A stretch of DNA of 64,000 nucleotides, from positions 29,493 to 93,492 of the forward strand of contig CAZSFZ010000003.1 of the NCBI GenBank assembly GCA_964606385.1, in the 5' to 3' direction. A program made the position numbers and the translations under genes. Positions 19,544 to 30,332 of this stretch are shown in pieces. The stretch comes from an uncultured bacterium (GTDB lineage: Bacteria; Omnitrophota; Omnitrophia; Omnitrophales; Aquincolibacteriaceae). The notes under the pieces are model-generated. The model was given only the letters and a program-made list of their open reading frames with translations, searched no databases and had not been told where the DNA came from. The first letter of the stretch is position 1. Each line of letters opens with the position of its first letter.

Positions 19544-20149
19544 CTAAAACTGCATAAAGGGGTTCGTCTGCCGTTCGTGTTCGATCGTGGAAGAATCCGC
19601 ATCGCCGTAAGCGTGACCCGGGAACACTTGAAGCGAACCCTCGAGCGACGCGAGACGCTTCAGGCTTTGCAGGATCTTTTTTTCATCGCCGCCCGGAAGA
19701 TCGCATCGCCCGCAAGCACCCACGAAAAGCGTATCACCCGTTACAAGTTTATCGCCCACCAGGATACACTGGGCGCCTTCGGTGTGGCCCGGCGTGTGAA
19801 GGAATGCGAGCTCCATATCCCCGATCTTCAGCTTGAAGCCCTCACGGGTCTCGATGATATGGTCTTTAACGTCTTTCAGGAATTTCGCTTCGTTCTCGTG
19901 GACATAGATTTTGACGCCGGTCTTTTGGACCAAGTCCTCCACGCCGTTCGAATGGTCGAAATGCGTGTGCGTCAGGATCCCCGCCACGACTTTCATGCCG
20001 TCTTTTTCGGCCGTCTTGAGGATCGCGTCCACGTCCCAAGCAGGATCCACCACGGCGCATTCTTTCTTCTTCTTATCGCCGATCAGATAGACGAAGTTCC
20101 CCATGTAGCCCACGGGGATCTGTTTGAAATAGAGGTCTTTAGGATCCAC
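19544..20149 (-). CDS. MBL-fold metallo-hydrolase (glyoxalase II-like).
   Basis: The THTHFDH metal-binding motif, then later HTPGHT and a downstream His/Asp. A GTG start overlaps the folA stop. Confidence 0.75.
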   Translation of the reverse strand: MDPKDLYFKQIPVGYMGNFVYLIGDKKKKECAVVDPAWDVDAILKTAEKDGMKVVAGILTHTHFDHSNGVEDLVQKTGVKIYVHENEAKFLKDVKDHIIETREGFKLKIGDMELAFLHTPGHTEGAQCILVGDKLVTGDTLFVGACGRCDLPGGDEKKILQSLKRLASLEGSLQVFPGHAYGDADSSTIEHERQTNPFMQF

Positions 20150-20636
20150 AGCAACAGCAGCTTTTCTTTTTAGTATTCTCGTAGTAGATCACTTCCAGGA
20201 AAGGATCGTCCTGGAGCTTCAGGCGCTTTTTCTCCGCGAAAAAGGGCGGGATCTCCGGATAAAGCACATCGCCGTCGTAGTCGGCATGGATCCGGGTGAG
20301 ATAAATACCGTCCACGCGCTCGATCGTGGTGCGGTAAAGCTGCGCGCCGCCGATGATGAAGGCGTGCTCCGTCCGGACGTTCTTGAGCGCTTCGTCCACG
20401 GTCGCAAAAAAGGTTTGGCCGGGATAGGGCTTCGCGCCGGTGTGGTCCAGAATGAAATTGGTCCGGTTCGGAAGCGCCTTGCAGCCGAGACTTTCAAAAG
20501 TCTTGAGGCCCATGATCACGGTCTGTCCCGTGGTCGTCACCTTGAAATGCTGAAGGTCTTTCGGGAAATGCCACGGAAGCTGGTTCCCTTTTCCGATCAC
20601 GCGGTTATTCGCGACGGCCACAATGTGATAAAGCAT
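20139..20636 (-). CDS. folA: Dihydrofolate reductase.
   Basis: MLYHIVAVANNRVIGKGNQLPWHFPKDLQHFKVTTTGQTVIMGLKTFESLG is the canonical DHFR sequence. It lies directly downstream of thyA. Confidence 0.85.
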   Translation of the reverse strand: MLYHIVAVANNRVIGKGNQLPWHFPKDLQHFKVTTTGQTVIMGLKTFESLGCKALPNRTNFILDHTGAKPYPGQTFFATVDEALKNVRTEHAFIIGGAQLYRTTIERVDGIYLTRIHADYDGDVLYPEIPPFFAEKKRLKLQDDPFLEVIYYENTKKKSCCCCGS

Positions 20637-20666
20637 GCATCCTCCTGAAAGTTAGATAAAGACCCG

Positions 20667-21461
20667 TTAAACGGCCACCGGCGCTTTGATCGCCGGATGG
20701 GGATCGTAATTTTCGAGCGTGAAATCCTCATATTTAAAATCAAAAATGTTCCGGACCTTGGGATTGAGCGCCATGGTCGGTAGGGCCCGCGGTTCCCGCG
20801 AAAGCTGAAGCTTCACCTGCTCCATATGGTTCAGATAAATATGCACATCCCCAAAGGTGTGGATGAACTCCCCCGGCTCAAGACCTGTGACCTGCGCCAT
20901 CATGAGCGTCAAAAGAGAATAAGAAGCGATATTAAACGGAACACCCAGAAAGACATCCGCGCTCCGCTGATAAAGCTGGCAGGAAAGCTTTCCCCGGAGC
21001 ACATAGAACTGAAAGAACGCGTGGCACGGCGGCAACGCCATCTTGTCGATCTCTCCGGGATTCCAGGCGCTTACGATGATCCTCCGACTGTCCGGTGTTT
21101 TCCTGATCATCTCGACCGCTTGCGTGATCTGGTCTACAACTTTTCCATCCGGACCTTTCCAGGAACGCCATTGGGCCCCATAGACCGGTCCGAGATCCCC
21201 GTTCGCGTCGGCCCACTCGTCCCAGATCGTCACTCCGTTATTCTTCAGGAACTTGATGTTCGTATCGCCGGCAAGCAGCCAAAGAAGCTCGTAGATCACG
21301 GCTTTTGTGTAGATCTTTTTCGTGGTCAGAAGCGGAAAACCTTTGGCGAGATCAAAACGCATCTGATAGCCGAACGTGCTGATCGTCCCCGTGCCGGTAC
21401 GGTCTTTTTTCTCAGCGCCGTGATCCAAAATATGCTGCAGCAGGTCCAAATATGGCTTCAT
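20667..21461 (-). CDS. thyA: Thymidylate synthase.
   Basis: DRTGTGT, the catalytic Cys context [12 protein letters not shown], and ...DVHIYLNH. The gene is 264 aa. Confidence 0.95.
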   Translation of the reverse strand: MKPYLDLLQHILDHGAEKKDRTGTGTISTFGYQMRFDLAKGFPLLTTKKIYTKAVIYELLWLLAGDTNIKFLKNNGVTIWDEWADANGDLGPVYGAQWRSWKGPDGKVVDQITQAVEMIRKTPDSRRIIVSAWNPGEIDKMALPPCHAFFQFYVLRGKLSCQLYQRSADVFLGVPFNIASYSLLTLMMAQVTGLEPGEFIHTFGDVHIYLNHMEQVKLQLSREPRALPTMALNPKVRNIFDFKYEDFTLENYDPHPAIKAPVAV

Positions 21462-22543
21462 GGGATTTCGATAAGATCTTCCGGCATGCTGGCGGGAAGC
21501 TCCGTCGCCGGGTCTTTGGGAGTTTCCGGAGCGGGAGCAGGATCCTTAAAGAAATGCGTGTCATCGACGTTCAGATCGCCAAAAAAAGACGTCTTGAGCC
21601 CGAGCACGGCGGGATCTCCCGGCCGCTTCACGTAGACGATATCTTCTTTTTCATTTCTGGCGCCGGCGTTCAAGATCGTTTTTTTGCCATCCGCTGTCAC
21701 GATCAGCTGCCAGGCGGGTTTTTCAAGATCATACCCTTCTCCCTGAGGATCCAGGACTTTTTCAGCCTTGATGCTGTTCATCGCGGCGATGAATTTCAAT
21801 ACCTTGTCGGGATCGGGCGGCGAGGTCGTATCCCCGCGCAGAAATTTCCAGGAAGACTTGAGCGGATCACTCGGATCTTTAACGCGTTCCAACCCCACCA
21901 TGCGATTCTTCTCATCGCCCTTCAGCTCATAAAGGGCGATCTTTGTCACTTTCTCGGGATCCAGGTCGAAAAGACCGAGGTCTGCCCAAAACAAGGCCGT
22001 GGGGTTATTGTCCTTGAGGTCCGCGTAGATCCCCCAAAGCTCTTCGATATTCATATCCGTCAGGTAAACCTCATCACGATCGGCTTTTCGGAGGAAAAAC
22101 CCCGAATTCCCGGCCTGCCGGGTTCCGAGCCGGAGGTCCTGAAGCAGCATGTCCCCCGCTCCGAAGAACTTGATCGAAAAAGCCTCAGTGTCCTGAATGC
22201 CGAAGTCCGGCCACAATTTCTTTTCCGAGCCGCGCAGCTCTCCCCTGAGCGACCGAAATGTCTGGATGAATTTTTCCATCTTTTCGGGATCCGCTTTGGC
22301 GTGCCATAGACTTTTCACTTTCCAGACGCCGTTCTCTTTGGCGAGCTCCAGGGTATACGGAGGATTCCCGCGCTCGATCAGGATCCTTTCGAGTTTCCCG
22401 GGATCGAACTCCGTCAGGACCGCGCGGTCGTCCGGACGCGATCCGGCCCGATCGCTCGCGGCCCGCACCCAGGATTTCAGAACGATCCCGAGCACGAGCG
22501 CTCCGAAAATGACGCTCAAAATAATGATCTGTTTGGGTTTCAT
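21458..22543 (-). CDS. DUF4340 domain protein (periplasmic partner of GldG-like ABC systems).
   Basis: An N-terminal TM anchor. It is positioned downstream of, and translationally coupled to, the ABC-2/GldG gene. The architecture is typical of DUF4340. Confidence 0.55.
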   Translation of the reverse strand: MKPKQIIILSVIFGALVLGIVLKSWVRAASDRAGSRPDDRAVLTEFDPGKLERILIERGNPPYTLELAKENGVWKVKSLWHAKADPEKMEKFIQTFRSLRGELRGSEKKLWPDFGIQDTEAFSIKFFGAGDMLLQDLRLGTRQAGNSGFFLRKADRDEVYLTDMNIEELWGIYADLKDNNPTALFWADLGLFDLDPEKVTKIALYELKGDEKNRMVGLERVKDPSDPLKSSWKFLRGDTTSPPDPDKVLKFIAAMNSIKAEKVLDPQGEGYDLEKPAWQLIVTADGKKTILNAGARNEKEDIVYVKRPGDPAVLGLKTSFFGDLNVDDTHFFKDPAPAPETPKDPATELPASMPEDLIEIP

Positions 22544-22571
22544 AGGATTTAAGCCGGCCCGCGCCGGTCCT

Positions 22572-25067
22572 TTAAGAAATATTCAGGCTTTTAAGATAAA
22601 GCTGTTTGGTCCGGCGCCGCATGTAGGCCCGGCCGAACCCCAGAAAAGCGATCAAAACGGGCATCAGGAACATCACGAAGATCCGCCAGGCCATTTTCGC
22701 CGGAGCCGAGATCTTGGGGATCAGGCGTCCCGCCTGCCCTTTCGCCCGGATCCCGATCAACGCGTCCCCCAGCGTCAGGATATCCGCCGCGTTCAGAAAG
22801 AAACTCAGATGCGCATCGTTCTGCATGAGTTGTTTTTGAAAGGGCGTCGCCGCGCCGATCAAAAGCAGTTTCCCGGGAGCGGGCTTCAGGGGCACGGGCG
22901 TCTCTTCTTTTTTATTTTCCTGCGGGAGCTGAGGGGCCGCGGGATCTTGGGGCCATGCCGGCACCGGCTTGTCCGGATAAGCGTTCGCGAATTGACCCTC
23001 GACCAGCACCGCCAGCGGGAAAGGCCCCACGGGACTTGTCGCGGTACGGTCAAAAGCTTCGGGCGTCAGATTTTCGGGCTTGAACGGCACCGTCCAGGAT
23101 CTTTTGGTCGAACGGAACAGCGTTTTTAATTTCAGTCCCTGCTCCTGGGTCTTTTGGGGGTCGATCTTCAGAGCGCTCCCCCAAAGATAGAAGAATGCGG
23201 GAAGGCGGGCCGTAATGGATGTTTCGGAATTGATCTCGGAGTCCGTTAAGAGGATCTGGATCGGCGTCTTAACGGGGAAAGAAAGCCCCAGAAGCGCCCC
23301 GCGGCCGCCGCCGGAGAGCGTGATCGCCTCGCTTTGTTCATCGGCCAGGATCTGGGGATCCACCTGAAAACCCCAGGCTGAAAGCAGGTCGTTCACGGCG
23401 GGATTTTTTTCCTTCGGCACCAAGGTCACGATGCCGGTCTCCTCGGGCTTATAATCAAATTCATAATTCTGGACCGCCATAAAAACGGAGCCCCCCTGAT
23501 GGAGGAACCGGTCGATCTCGTATTTCTGGCGTTCATTCAGGTTGTTCGGCTCGACCACGACAAGCGTCTTGGTGCCCTCCGGGATGCCGGACTTCTCATC
23601 CAGCGCGATACGCGTCACGGGATAGCCTTCGGACTCAAGCCCCACCTGCAGGTATTCGTACGGATCATCCCGGTAGCTTGGGGGGACCTGTCCGCCGAGC
23701 TGCTGCAGAAGCATCATCAAGTTCGGGTCCACGGAACGCTCCGTAAAAGGCGCCATCAACGCGACCTTCGGGATCTCGGGCAGGGTCATGCGGTAAAGCT
23801 TCGCCATGATCGCGTATTCCATGTCCGCGAGATTGCTGGGATGGACCTGCGGCAGGATCTCCTCGGGCCTTTCCTTGTAGGCGATGGTAAGACCGGAATA
23901 AACCAGCCGCACGCCTACTTCATCCGACTGGACGGACTCCACGCGGAAGGGCTGGAGGCCTTTCTTGGAAAGTTGCTCCTCGAGCGTATCCGTTTTGGGG
24001 CCGCCTTCGACCGCGGTCGCGGCATCCATGTGGAAGACCTGATATTGGAAACGGCCGTCCGAGACCGCGCGCAACTCTTCCAGCTTGTCACGCACGTCCT
24101 GCTCCAGGGTTTTCATGGAGGTCGGCATCTTGTCCGCGGAAGAAACATAGTATTTCACGGTGACGGGAGACGGGAGGTCTTTTAAGATCTTCCGGGTCGC
24201 CGGCGAGATCGTGTACGACCGGCCTTCGGTCAGGTCGAACCGTCCGAGCGGCACCCCGGCCACGAGCCAGTTGCTCAAAAGAAAGATCCCGAACGAAATC
24301 ACGACCGCGGCGGTGTAAAGAGACGCGGCCTTGGGGCGCATCCGGCTCTCGATCCAGAAACCGTTCAACACAAGCGCCACGGCGCTCCCCACAACAAAAT
24401 AAATCACATCGCCGTTATCGATCACGCCTTTCGCGAAAGTGTTGTAATGACCCGCGGCACCGAGGAAATGCTGCAGGAAGCTCCCCAAACCCCCGATCCA
24501 TCCGTCGATCGAGGCCGCGACAAATTCGGTACCCGCCAGATAAAGCCCGAAACAGATCATCATGGAAAGGATGAACGCCGCGATCTGGTCCCGGTAAAAA
24601 CCCGACACAAGCGCTCCGATCGCGAGGAAGAACCCGCCCAAAAGCGCCGCGCCGACATAGCCGCTCAGGATCATGCCGAGGTCCGGACGGCCGAGCACGG
24701 CGAGCATCACGGGGATCGTAAACGTACAGGCGAGTGCGATCAGATAGAAAAGAAAGCTCGCGAAAAATTTCCCGAGCACCAGCTCATGCGAACGCATCGG
24801 GAAGGTCAGAAGCAGTTCCTGCGTGTTCCCGCGTTTTTCTTCCGCCCACAAGCGCATGGAGACCGCCGGCAAGAAGACCGACAGGATGAAGGGAAGCGTG
24901 TAAAAAAACGACCGCATGTCCGCGCGGCCCACCAGGAAGAACTGCGTCATGAAAAGCCCGCCGTTCAGCAGGGTAAAAATGATCATGAAGATATAGGCGA
25001 TGGGAGAATTGAAATAAGCCGCCAATTCCCTGTTCAGAATGATCCGGAGGTTGGAACTTTTTTTCAC
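22572..25067 (-). CDS. ABC-2 type permease fused to a GldG-like (ABC-type uncharacterized transport system) extracytoplasmic domain.
   Basis: An N-terminal six-TM ABC-2 permease region, a large GldG-like domain, and a C-terminal TM. The start overlaps the ATPase stop. Confidence 0.7.
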   Translation of the reverse strand: MKKSSNLRIILNRELAAYFNSPIAYIFMIIFTLLNGGLFMTQFFLVGRADMRSFFYTLPFILSVFLPAVSMRLWAEEKRGNTQELLLTFPMRSHELVLGKFFASFLFYLIALACTFTIPVMLAVLGRPDLGMILSGYVGAALLGGFFLAIGALVSGFYRDQIAAFILSMMICFGLYLAGTEFVAASIDGWIGGLGSFLQHFLGAAGHYNTFAKGVIDNGDVIYFVVGSAVALVLNGFWIESRMRPKAASLYTAAVVISFGIFLLSNWLVAGVPLGRFDLTEGRSYTISPATRKILKDLPSPVTVKYYVSSADKMPTSMKTLEQDVRDKLEELRAVSDGRFQYQVFHMDAATAVEGGPKTDTLEEQLSKKGLQPFRVESVQSDEVGVRLVYSGLTIAYKERPEEILPQVHPSNLADMEYAIMAKLYRMTLPEIPKVALMAPFTERSVDPNLMMLLQQLGGQVPPSYRDDPYEYLQVGLESEGYPVTRIALDEKSGIPEGTKTLVVVEPNNLNERQKYEIDRFLHQGGSVFMAVQNYEFDYKPEETGIVTLVPKEKNPAVNDLLSAWGFQVDPQILADEQSEAITLSGGGRGALLGLSFPVKTPIQILLTDSEINSETSITARLPAFFYLWGSALKIDPQKTQEQGLKLKTLFRSTKRSWTVPFKPENLTPEAFDRTATSPVGPFPLAVLVEGQFANAYPDKPVPAWPQDPAAPQLPQENKKEETPVPLKPAPGKLLLIGAATPFQKQLMQNDAHLSFFLNAADILTLGDALIGIRAKGQAGRLIPKISAPAKMAWRIFVMFLMPVLIAFLGFGRAYMRRRTKQLYLKSLNIS

Positions 25068-25816
25068 GCGCTCACCGCCCTCTGAGGCGCCAAAAGCCGG
25101 ATAAAGATCTCTTCGAGCGAAAGTTCCTGCGCCGCCTTCCCCGCGCCCAGGACCTTCTCGGCCAGTTCTCGCTTGGTCCCCTGCGCCACAAGCTTACCTT
25201 CATTGATGATCACGATGCGATCGGCAAGTGCTTCGACTTCCTGCAGGATATGGGTCGAAAAAACGATGGTCTTTTCCTTCGCAAGGCTTTTGACAAGAGA
25301 GCGGATCTCGATGATCTGAATGGGGTCCAGTCCCGAAGTCGGTTCATCCAGGATCAGGACTTTGGGATCATGGATCAAAGCCTGCGCGAGCCCGACCCGC
25401 TGGCCGAACCCTTTGGAAAGTTCGCACAAAAGGTGTTTCCACACATTCCGGAGATGACAGGCCTTTTGAACCCACTCGAGCCGTTCCGCGAGCCTGGCGC
25501 CTGTCAGCGCGCGAGCCTTGCCCACGAACGTCAGGTATTCATCCACCCTCATATCGCCGTAAAGCGGAACGGTTTCGGGCAAATACCCGATCCGCTTACG
25601 GACCTCAATGGGGTTTTCCAGAATATCGAAACCATCGACTTTCGCGGTCCCGGAGGAAGGAAAAAGGTAGGTCGTCAGGATCCGCATGGCCGTGGTCTTC
25701 CCGGCCCCGTTCGGGCCGAGCAACCCGAGCACTTCTCCCGGATTCGCCTGGAAGGACACATGGTCCAACGCGATGGCCGGACCGTAATGCATCGTAAGCT
25801 CTTGAACGTCGATCAC
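25064..25816 (-). CDS. ABC transporter ATP-binding protein.
   Basis: Walker A GPNGAGKTT, the signature LSKGFGQRV, and Walker B LILDEPTSGLD. Confidence 0.9.
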   Translation of the reverse strand: MIDVQELTMHYGPAIALDHVSFQANPGEVLGLLGPNGAGKTTAMRILTTYLFPSSGTAKVDGFDILENPIEVRKRIGYLPETVPLYGDMRVDEYLTFVGKARALTGARLAERLEWVQKACHLRNVWKHLLCELSKGFGQRVGLAQALIHDPKVLILDEPTSGLDPIQIIEIRSLVKSLAKEKTIVFSTHILQEVEALADRIVIINEGKLVAQGTKRELAEKVLGAGKAAQELSLEEIFIRLLAPQRAVSA

Positions 25817-25852
25817 TTGATAAATCTCAAATTTTAAATTTTAAAATTCAAA

Positions 25853-26539
25853 TCAGCGGCGCCGGCCGAAGATCTGGAGCAGGAACAGGAACATATTGAT
25901 AAAATCCAGGTAAAGCATCAGCGCACCGACGACCGCCAGTTGTTCCGGTGCGTTCCCCATGCTCCGGTGGATCATCTTGAGCCGCTGTGTGTCGTACGCC
26001 GTGAGGCCGATGAAGACCGCGACGCCGATGTAAGAAACGATCCAGTTGAACATCGGTGACTGGAAGAACCAGTTCGCGATGCTCGCGATGATCACCCCGA
26101 TCAGGCCCATAAAACAAAAACTCCCGACCGAGGTCAGATCCTGCCGCGTCACCCAGCCGTAAACGCTCACGCCCGCGAAGGTCATGGCGGTAATGAAAAA
26201 AGTCGAGGCGATCGACGCTTGGGCGTAACGGATAAAGATCCAGGACATCGTCAGGCCGTTCAGCGCGGAAAAAATGAGGAAACCGATCACCGCGGTCGAA
26301 GCGGAGATCTTGCTCATGCTTCTCGTCAGCCAGATCACGATCCCGATCTCGGCGATCGCCAGTAAAAGGCCGCCGCCGGAAAGCGTGAAGCGGAGCACCT
26401 CCACGTTGCTGGCCGTCCAGAAAGCAAGGACTCCCGTCAGGGCGAGGCCCATGGCCATCCATTGATAGACCCGCTGCATGAAATTTGAAAAAACGGTTTC
26501 CTGTGAATAGGAAAAAGGCTGTTGATTGGAATCGTTCAT
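25853..26539 (-). CDS. Bax inhibitor-1/YccA family membrane protein.
   Basis: Seven TM segments and the C-terminal family signature ...LYLDFINMFLFLLQIFG. Confidence 0.8.
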   Translation of the reverse strand: MNDSNQQPFSYSQETVFSNFMQRVYQWMAMGLALTGVLAFWTASNVEVLRFTLSGGGLLLAIAEIGIVIWLTRSMSKISASTAVIGFLIFSALNGLTMSWIFIRYAQASIASTFFITAMTFAGVSVYGWVTRQDLTSVGSFCFMGLIGVIIASIANWFFQSPMFNWIVSYIGVAVFIGLTAYDTQRLKMIHRSMGNAPEQLAVVGALMLYLDFINMFLFLLQIFGRRR

Positions 26540-26607
26540 GCGAACCTCCTGATTTTTAAATGACCGGAAAATATTTTAACTAAAATTCACGCCCCAGGCA
26601 ACGCGGC

Positions 26608-27033
26608 TTATCCCTGTGCGTTCGTGCCGCCCTGCATCTCGGACGTTGTCCCGGGCCGCAAAGATTCTGTGGGAACCGGAGGCGCCAAAAACTCCCGGAT
26701 CTTTCTGGCCGGCCTCGCGATGATCGCCTTATCGCCTCGCTCCACGATCGGGCGCTGGAGAAGGTCGGGATAGATCGCCAAAAGGTCCAGCCACTGCCCT
26801 TCGGTTAGCTTCTTTTCTCCGAGCCTGAGATCCTGAAAGAGCTGGTCTTTCTTGCGGATCAATTCTTCCACGGGAAGACCGAGTTTCTGGATCAGTTCCT
26901 TGAGTTTTGCTTTGGGGATCGGGTCGGTGAAATAATCGACCGCTTCGAAATCCGTGCCCGCTTCCTTCAAGACCTGGTAGACCTCTTTACAAGTCGTGCA
27001 GGCCGGTTTCTGATAGATCGTGATATCCGTCAT
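26608..27033 (-). CDS. ArsC/Spx/YffB family thioredoxin-fold protein.
   Basis: MTDITIYQKPACTTCKE carries the N-terminal redox Cys of the ArsC/Spx family. The length is about 140 aa. Confidence 0.65.
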   Translation of the reverse strand: MTDITIYQKPACTTCKEVYQVLKEAGTDFEAVDYFTDPIPKAKLKELIQKLGLPVEELIRKKDQLFQDLRLGEKKLTEGQWLDLLAIYPDLLQRPIVERGDKAIIARPARKIREFLAPPVPTESLRPGTTSEMQGGTNAQG

Positions 27034-27047
27034 AAACTCCTTCGGAG

Positions 27048-27111
27048 CGGGGAACGGCCCATGATGAACGGGGAACGCTTTCGTTAGCCGTTACCCGTTT
27101 CCCGTTCCCCG
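27048..27111. repeat. REP-like palindromic element, copy d.
   Basis: ggggaacggcccatgatgaacggggaacg cttt cgttagccgttacccgtttcccgttcccc, lying between the NUDIX stop and the ArsC-like start. Confidence 0.5.
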
Positions 27112-27115
27112 GCAT

Positions 27116-27622
27116 TTAGATTTTTAGAAAATAAAGCCCCACATAAACCTTGGGGTCCACGAGAAAGCCCTTCCGCTCCATCTCGTAAAGCCAGAGGTCC
27201 ACTTCCTTGAGCGGGATCTCATGCACTTTGATGGATTCCGTCGCGTCCCCGCCGCCGGGTCCTTTTTTGACCGCGTCAAGCGCCTGATAGAATGTGATGA
27301 TCTCGGAACTCAGGCCGCTTGAAACCGGCCCTCCGACCAAAAGCTCCAAATGCTCCGCCTCATAGCCCGTTTCTTCCAGAAGCTCGCGCCGGGCCGCCGC
27401 TTCCATGGTCTCGGCGGTATGCGTCATCTTATCGTTCACAAGTCCCGCCGGCCATTCGATCACCTGGGCCTCCACCGGCCTCCGGAACTGCTCGACCAGG
27501 ATGACCTTGCCGTCCTGGGTCATGGGCACGATCACGACAATGCCGCTGCAATTGATGCGCTTGACGAATTCCCAGCTGTCTTCGCAGATCAGATTGAGGT
27601 ATTTCCCCTTGTGGAGGATCAT
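27116..27622 (-). CDS. NUDIX hydrolase (ADP-ribose pyrophosphatase-like).
   Basis: The Nudix box is GLVNDKMTHTAETMEAAARRELLEETGY (GX5EX7REUXEEXGU). Confidence 0.8.
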   Translation of the reverse strand: MILHKGKYLNLICEDSWEFVKRINCSGIVVIVPMTQDGKVILVEQFRRPVEAQVIEWPAGLVNDKMTHTAETMEAAARRELLEETGYEAEHLELLVGGPVSSGLSSEIITFYQALDAVKKGPGGGDATESIKVHEIPLKEVDLWLYEMERKGFLVDPKVYVGLYFLKI

Positions 27623-27664
27623 GTTCGCTCCGTTAAATTGGAAATGAAAACACGGAATTCAAAA

Positions 27665-29360
27665 TCAGAGACCTTCAGCGCTGCCGCTCCCGCGGGGATC
27701 GCTGATGCCCTCTATTCTACCAGAACCTTCGTCAAAACAAACCATTTGCGCGAGCCCGACCGGATCTTCTTTCTGGATATCATGGCCTGAAAGCACAAGC
27801 TTGAGCCGTATCATTTCCTGATCATAAAGTCCCGGTTCCGCGCGCAGGATCCCGTCCCGCGACAAAAGCCGCGGCCGGCCGACCGCCTCCGAACAGGACG
27901 CTCCCAGATCGATCCTTTGGACCATCACGTTTAAAAGCACCGCGGCCGGATCGTCCGCCCCGTAGGCATCCAGTAAAAGATAGGGTTTTCCGTCTTTAAA
28001 AATAAGAAGAGGCGCTTCCGGGCCTCGCGGCCTTTGTCCCCCGGAAACAAGTTCCGCCGACTCGGCATCTTGGACCGCTGAGGGGTCAGCCGTAAAATCG
28101 GTCAGGAGATCATTCAGGAAAAAGCCGTATTCAGGCACCCGTAAGGCCGATCCGAACGCGTCCCCAAGCGTCGCGGTGAGGATCGCGATATTGCCGCGGG
28201 GGTCCACCACCACGATGGAGGATCCGGCACGTTTTTCTCCTCTTTCGGGCCCCTTGACCGTTGCCTTCTCTGCTTTGAGGACCTGATCGAATTTAATTTC
28301 ACCGGCCCGGTCTTGCGCCCAAGCTTCCGAAAGGAGTTCCTGGGCCGGAACTTCAAAAAGATCGGGATCGGCCACGCCCGAACGGTTCGCGAAAGCGATC
28401 TTCTGCGTTTCTCCGAGGAGATGATAAGTTTCCGGAGCCTGACCGAAACCGGGAATGCCGAACCTTGAAAGGATGTGGAGCGCGCGGAACAACATGATGC
28501 CGCCATCTGCCGGAGGACCCGCGCTGAAAAGGGCATACCCTTGGTAGGTGATATGCACGGGATCACGCGACACAGCCTCATAATCCCGCAGGTCTTTCTC
28601 GTCCAAGAGCCCCGCGCGGTAGCTATTTTTTTGTACGGCGCGGACCATCGACCTGGCGATCGCCCCCCTGTAAAAAGTCTCGGACCCTTTGTCCCGGATC
28701 AACCGGAACGTCTTGGCGAGTTCCGGTTGGGATATTTTAGCTCCCTCCTCAAGAGGGACCTCGTTCTCAAAAAAAATTGTCCTTTGCGGGTCCAGAAGCG
28801 TTAACCGTTTCGCGTTCTCGCGGATAGATTTGGCAAGGGAGGCCGACACCTCGACGCCTTCTTCCGCCTGGAGGATCGCCGGTTCCATAAGCTTTGCGAA
28901 CGGGAGTTTGTGGGTCCCGTATTTAGCATGGACTTCTTCGATCAGCTTTAAAAGCCCGGGGACACCCACCGGAAGCCCGCCCGTGTTCCGGTCGGGTTGA
29001 TAAGGAAGCGGATCGCCGTTCTCATCTAAGAACATCGCGGGCGCGGCTTCTCCCGGCGCTTTCACGCTCCCGTCAAAAAAAAGAATGCGCCGTGTTCCGA
29101 CGTCATAAAAAAGGAAAAGGCCGCCTCCTCCGATCCCGGAAGCCTGCGGTTCGACCACATTTAAAACCCATTGGGCTGCCACCGCCGCGTCCACGGCATT
29201 TCCTCCCTGCTTGAGGATCTCTAAAGCGGCCTGGGTCGCCCGGGGATCCGAGGTAACCACCATACCCTTTTCTCCCGTAGCCGCGGAAGAGACGGATGGA
29301 AGTCCCGAGAGCAAGAAAAGAGAGATGATAAAAGAGGTGAGAATTTTTCTGAAGGTCATT
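27665..29360 (-). CDS. ggt: Gamma-glutamyltransferase.
   Basis: A signal peptide (MTFRKILTSFIISLFLLSGLPSVSSA), GGT family blocks (TSDPRATQAALEILKQGGNAVDAAVAA, IGGGGLFLFYD) and a Thr-containing autoprocessing region. The start at 29360 with a GAGGT RBS is preferred over the track's 29623. Confidence 0.85.
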
Positions 29361-29390
29361 TTAAAAACCTCGGAAATTCCGGAACGCTTT

Positions 29391-30332
29391 TCAGCGGCCC
29401 AGGATCTTTTTCGCGGTCTTAACGATGTGAGGGTACGTGAGCCCGTATTTTTCCAGCAGCTCTTCGGCTTTACCGGACTCGGCAAAAGTGTCCTGGATCG
29501 CCACAAACCCCATCTTGCAAGGGTGTTTGCGCGCGAGGAAAGTCGCGACCGCGCTCCCGAGACCGCCCCAGATCTGGTGTTCTTCCGCGACAAGCACATG
29601 CCCCGTCCGTTTGGCTTCTTCAAGCAGGAGTTCGGTATCCAGGGGCTTCACGGTATGCATATCGATCACGCTCGCGCTGATACCCTCGTCCGCAAGCCGT
29701 TCGGCCGCTTCCAGCGCCTCAAAGACCTCCAGACCGTTGGCGACGATCGTCAGGTCCTTGCCTTCGCGCATCCGGACCCCTTTTCCGATCTTGAAATCCG
29801 TTCCCGATTGGTGGACCACGGGAGCTTTCGGACGCCCGGTACGGATATAAACAGGGCCATTGTGTTTGGCGGTTTCAAGCACCAAGGCACGCGCGGAGAT
29901 CTCGTCGGCAGGAACCATCACAACAAAACCCGGCAGGCTTGTCATCAGAGCCACATCCTCGATCGACATCTGGGAAGCACCATCTTCCCCGACCGTAATG
30001 CCACCGTGGGAGCCAACCACCTTCACATTAAGTTCCGAGAAAGCAACGCCCATGCGGAATTGATCGAAACCCTTACTGACAAGAAAAGAGGCAAAGCTGG
30101 AGATAAAAGGTATTTTCCCGCAGGAGGCCAGTCCGGCCGCGACCCCGACAAGGTTCGCCTCCTGGATCCCGACATTGAAGAAACGTTCCGGGGATATTTC
30201 GGAAAACAACGCGGACTTGGTGGACTTGGAAAGGTCCGCATCCAGCACCACCACGTTCGGATCCATCTTACCGATCTCGACCAAGGCTTCCCCATATGCG
30301 TCCCGCGTGGCTTTTCCCAGGATCTTTTTCAT
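29391..30332 (-). CDS. Transketolase, C-terminal section (pyrimidine-binding plus C-terminal domain). Split-gene form.
   Basis: The transketolase Pyr domain (FFNVGIQEANLVGVAAGLA) and C-terminal domain. It is immediately downstream of, and coupled to, the N-terminal section gene. Confidence 0.85.
   Translation of the reverse strand: MKKILGKATRDAYGEALVEIGKMDPNVVVLDADLSKSTKSALFSEISPERFFNVGIQEANLVGVAAGLASCGKIPFISSFASFLVSKGFDQFRMGVAFSELNVKVVGSHGGITVGEDGASQMSIEDVALMTSLPGFVVMVPADEISARALVLETAKHNGPVYIRTGRPKAPVVHQSGTDFKIGKGVRMREGKDLTIVANGLEVFEALEAAERLADEGISASVIDMHTVKPLDTELLLEEAKRTGHVLVAEEHQIWGGLGSAVATFLARKHPCKMGFVAIQDTFAESGKAEELLEKYGLTYPHIVKTAKKILGR

Noticed and set aside
20139-20149. The odd DHFR C-terminus ..KKKSCCCCGS and the 11-nt overlap with the MBL gene start.
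   Set aside because: A frameshift was considered. However, the DHFR core is complete through the conserved C-terminal region, and the downstream gene plausibly uses the overlapping GTG. Without reads this is best left as a normal overlap.
25848-26462. 204-aa ORF in an alternate frame of the BI-1 gene.
   Set aside because: It lies in a same-strand alternative frame inside a confidently assigned seven-TM BI-1/YccA gene. The sequence is Arg/Asp/Pro-rich low complexity.
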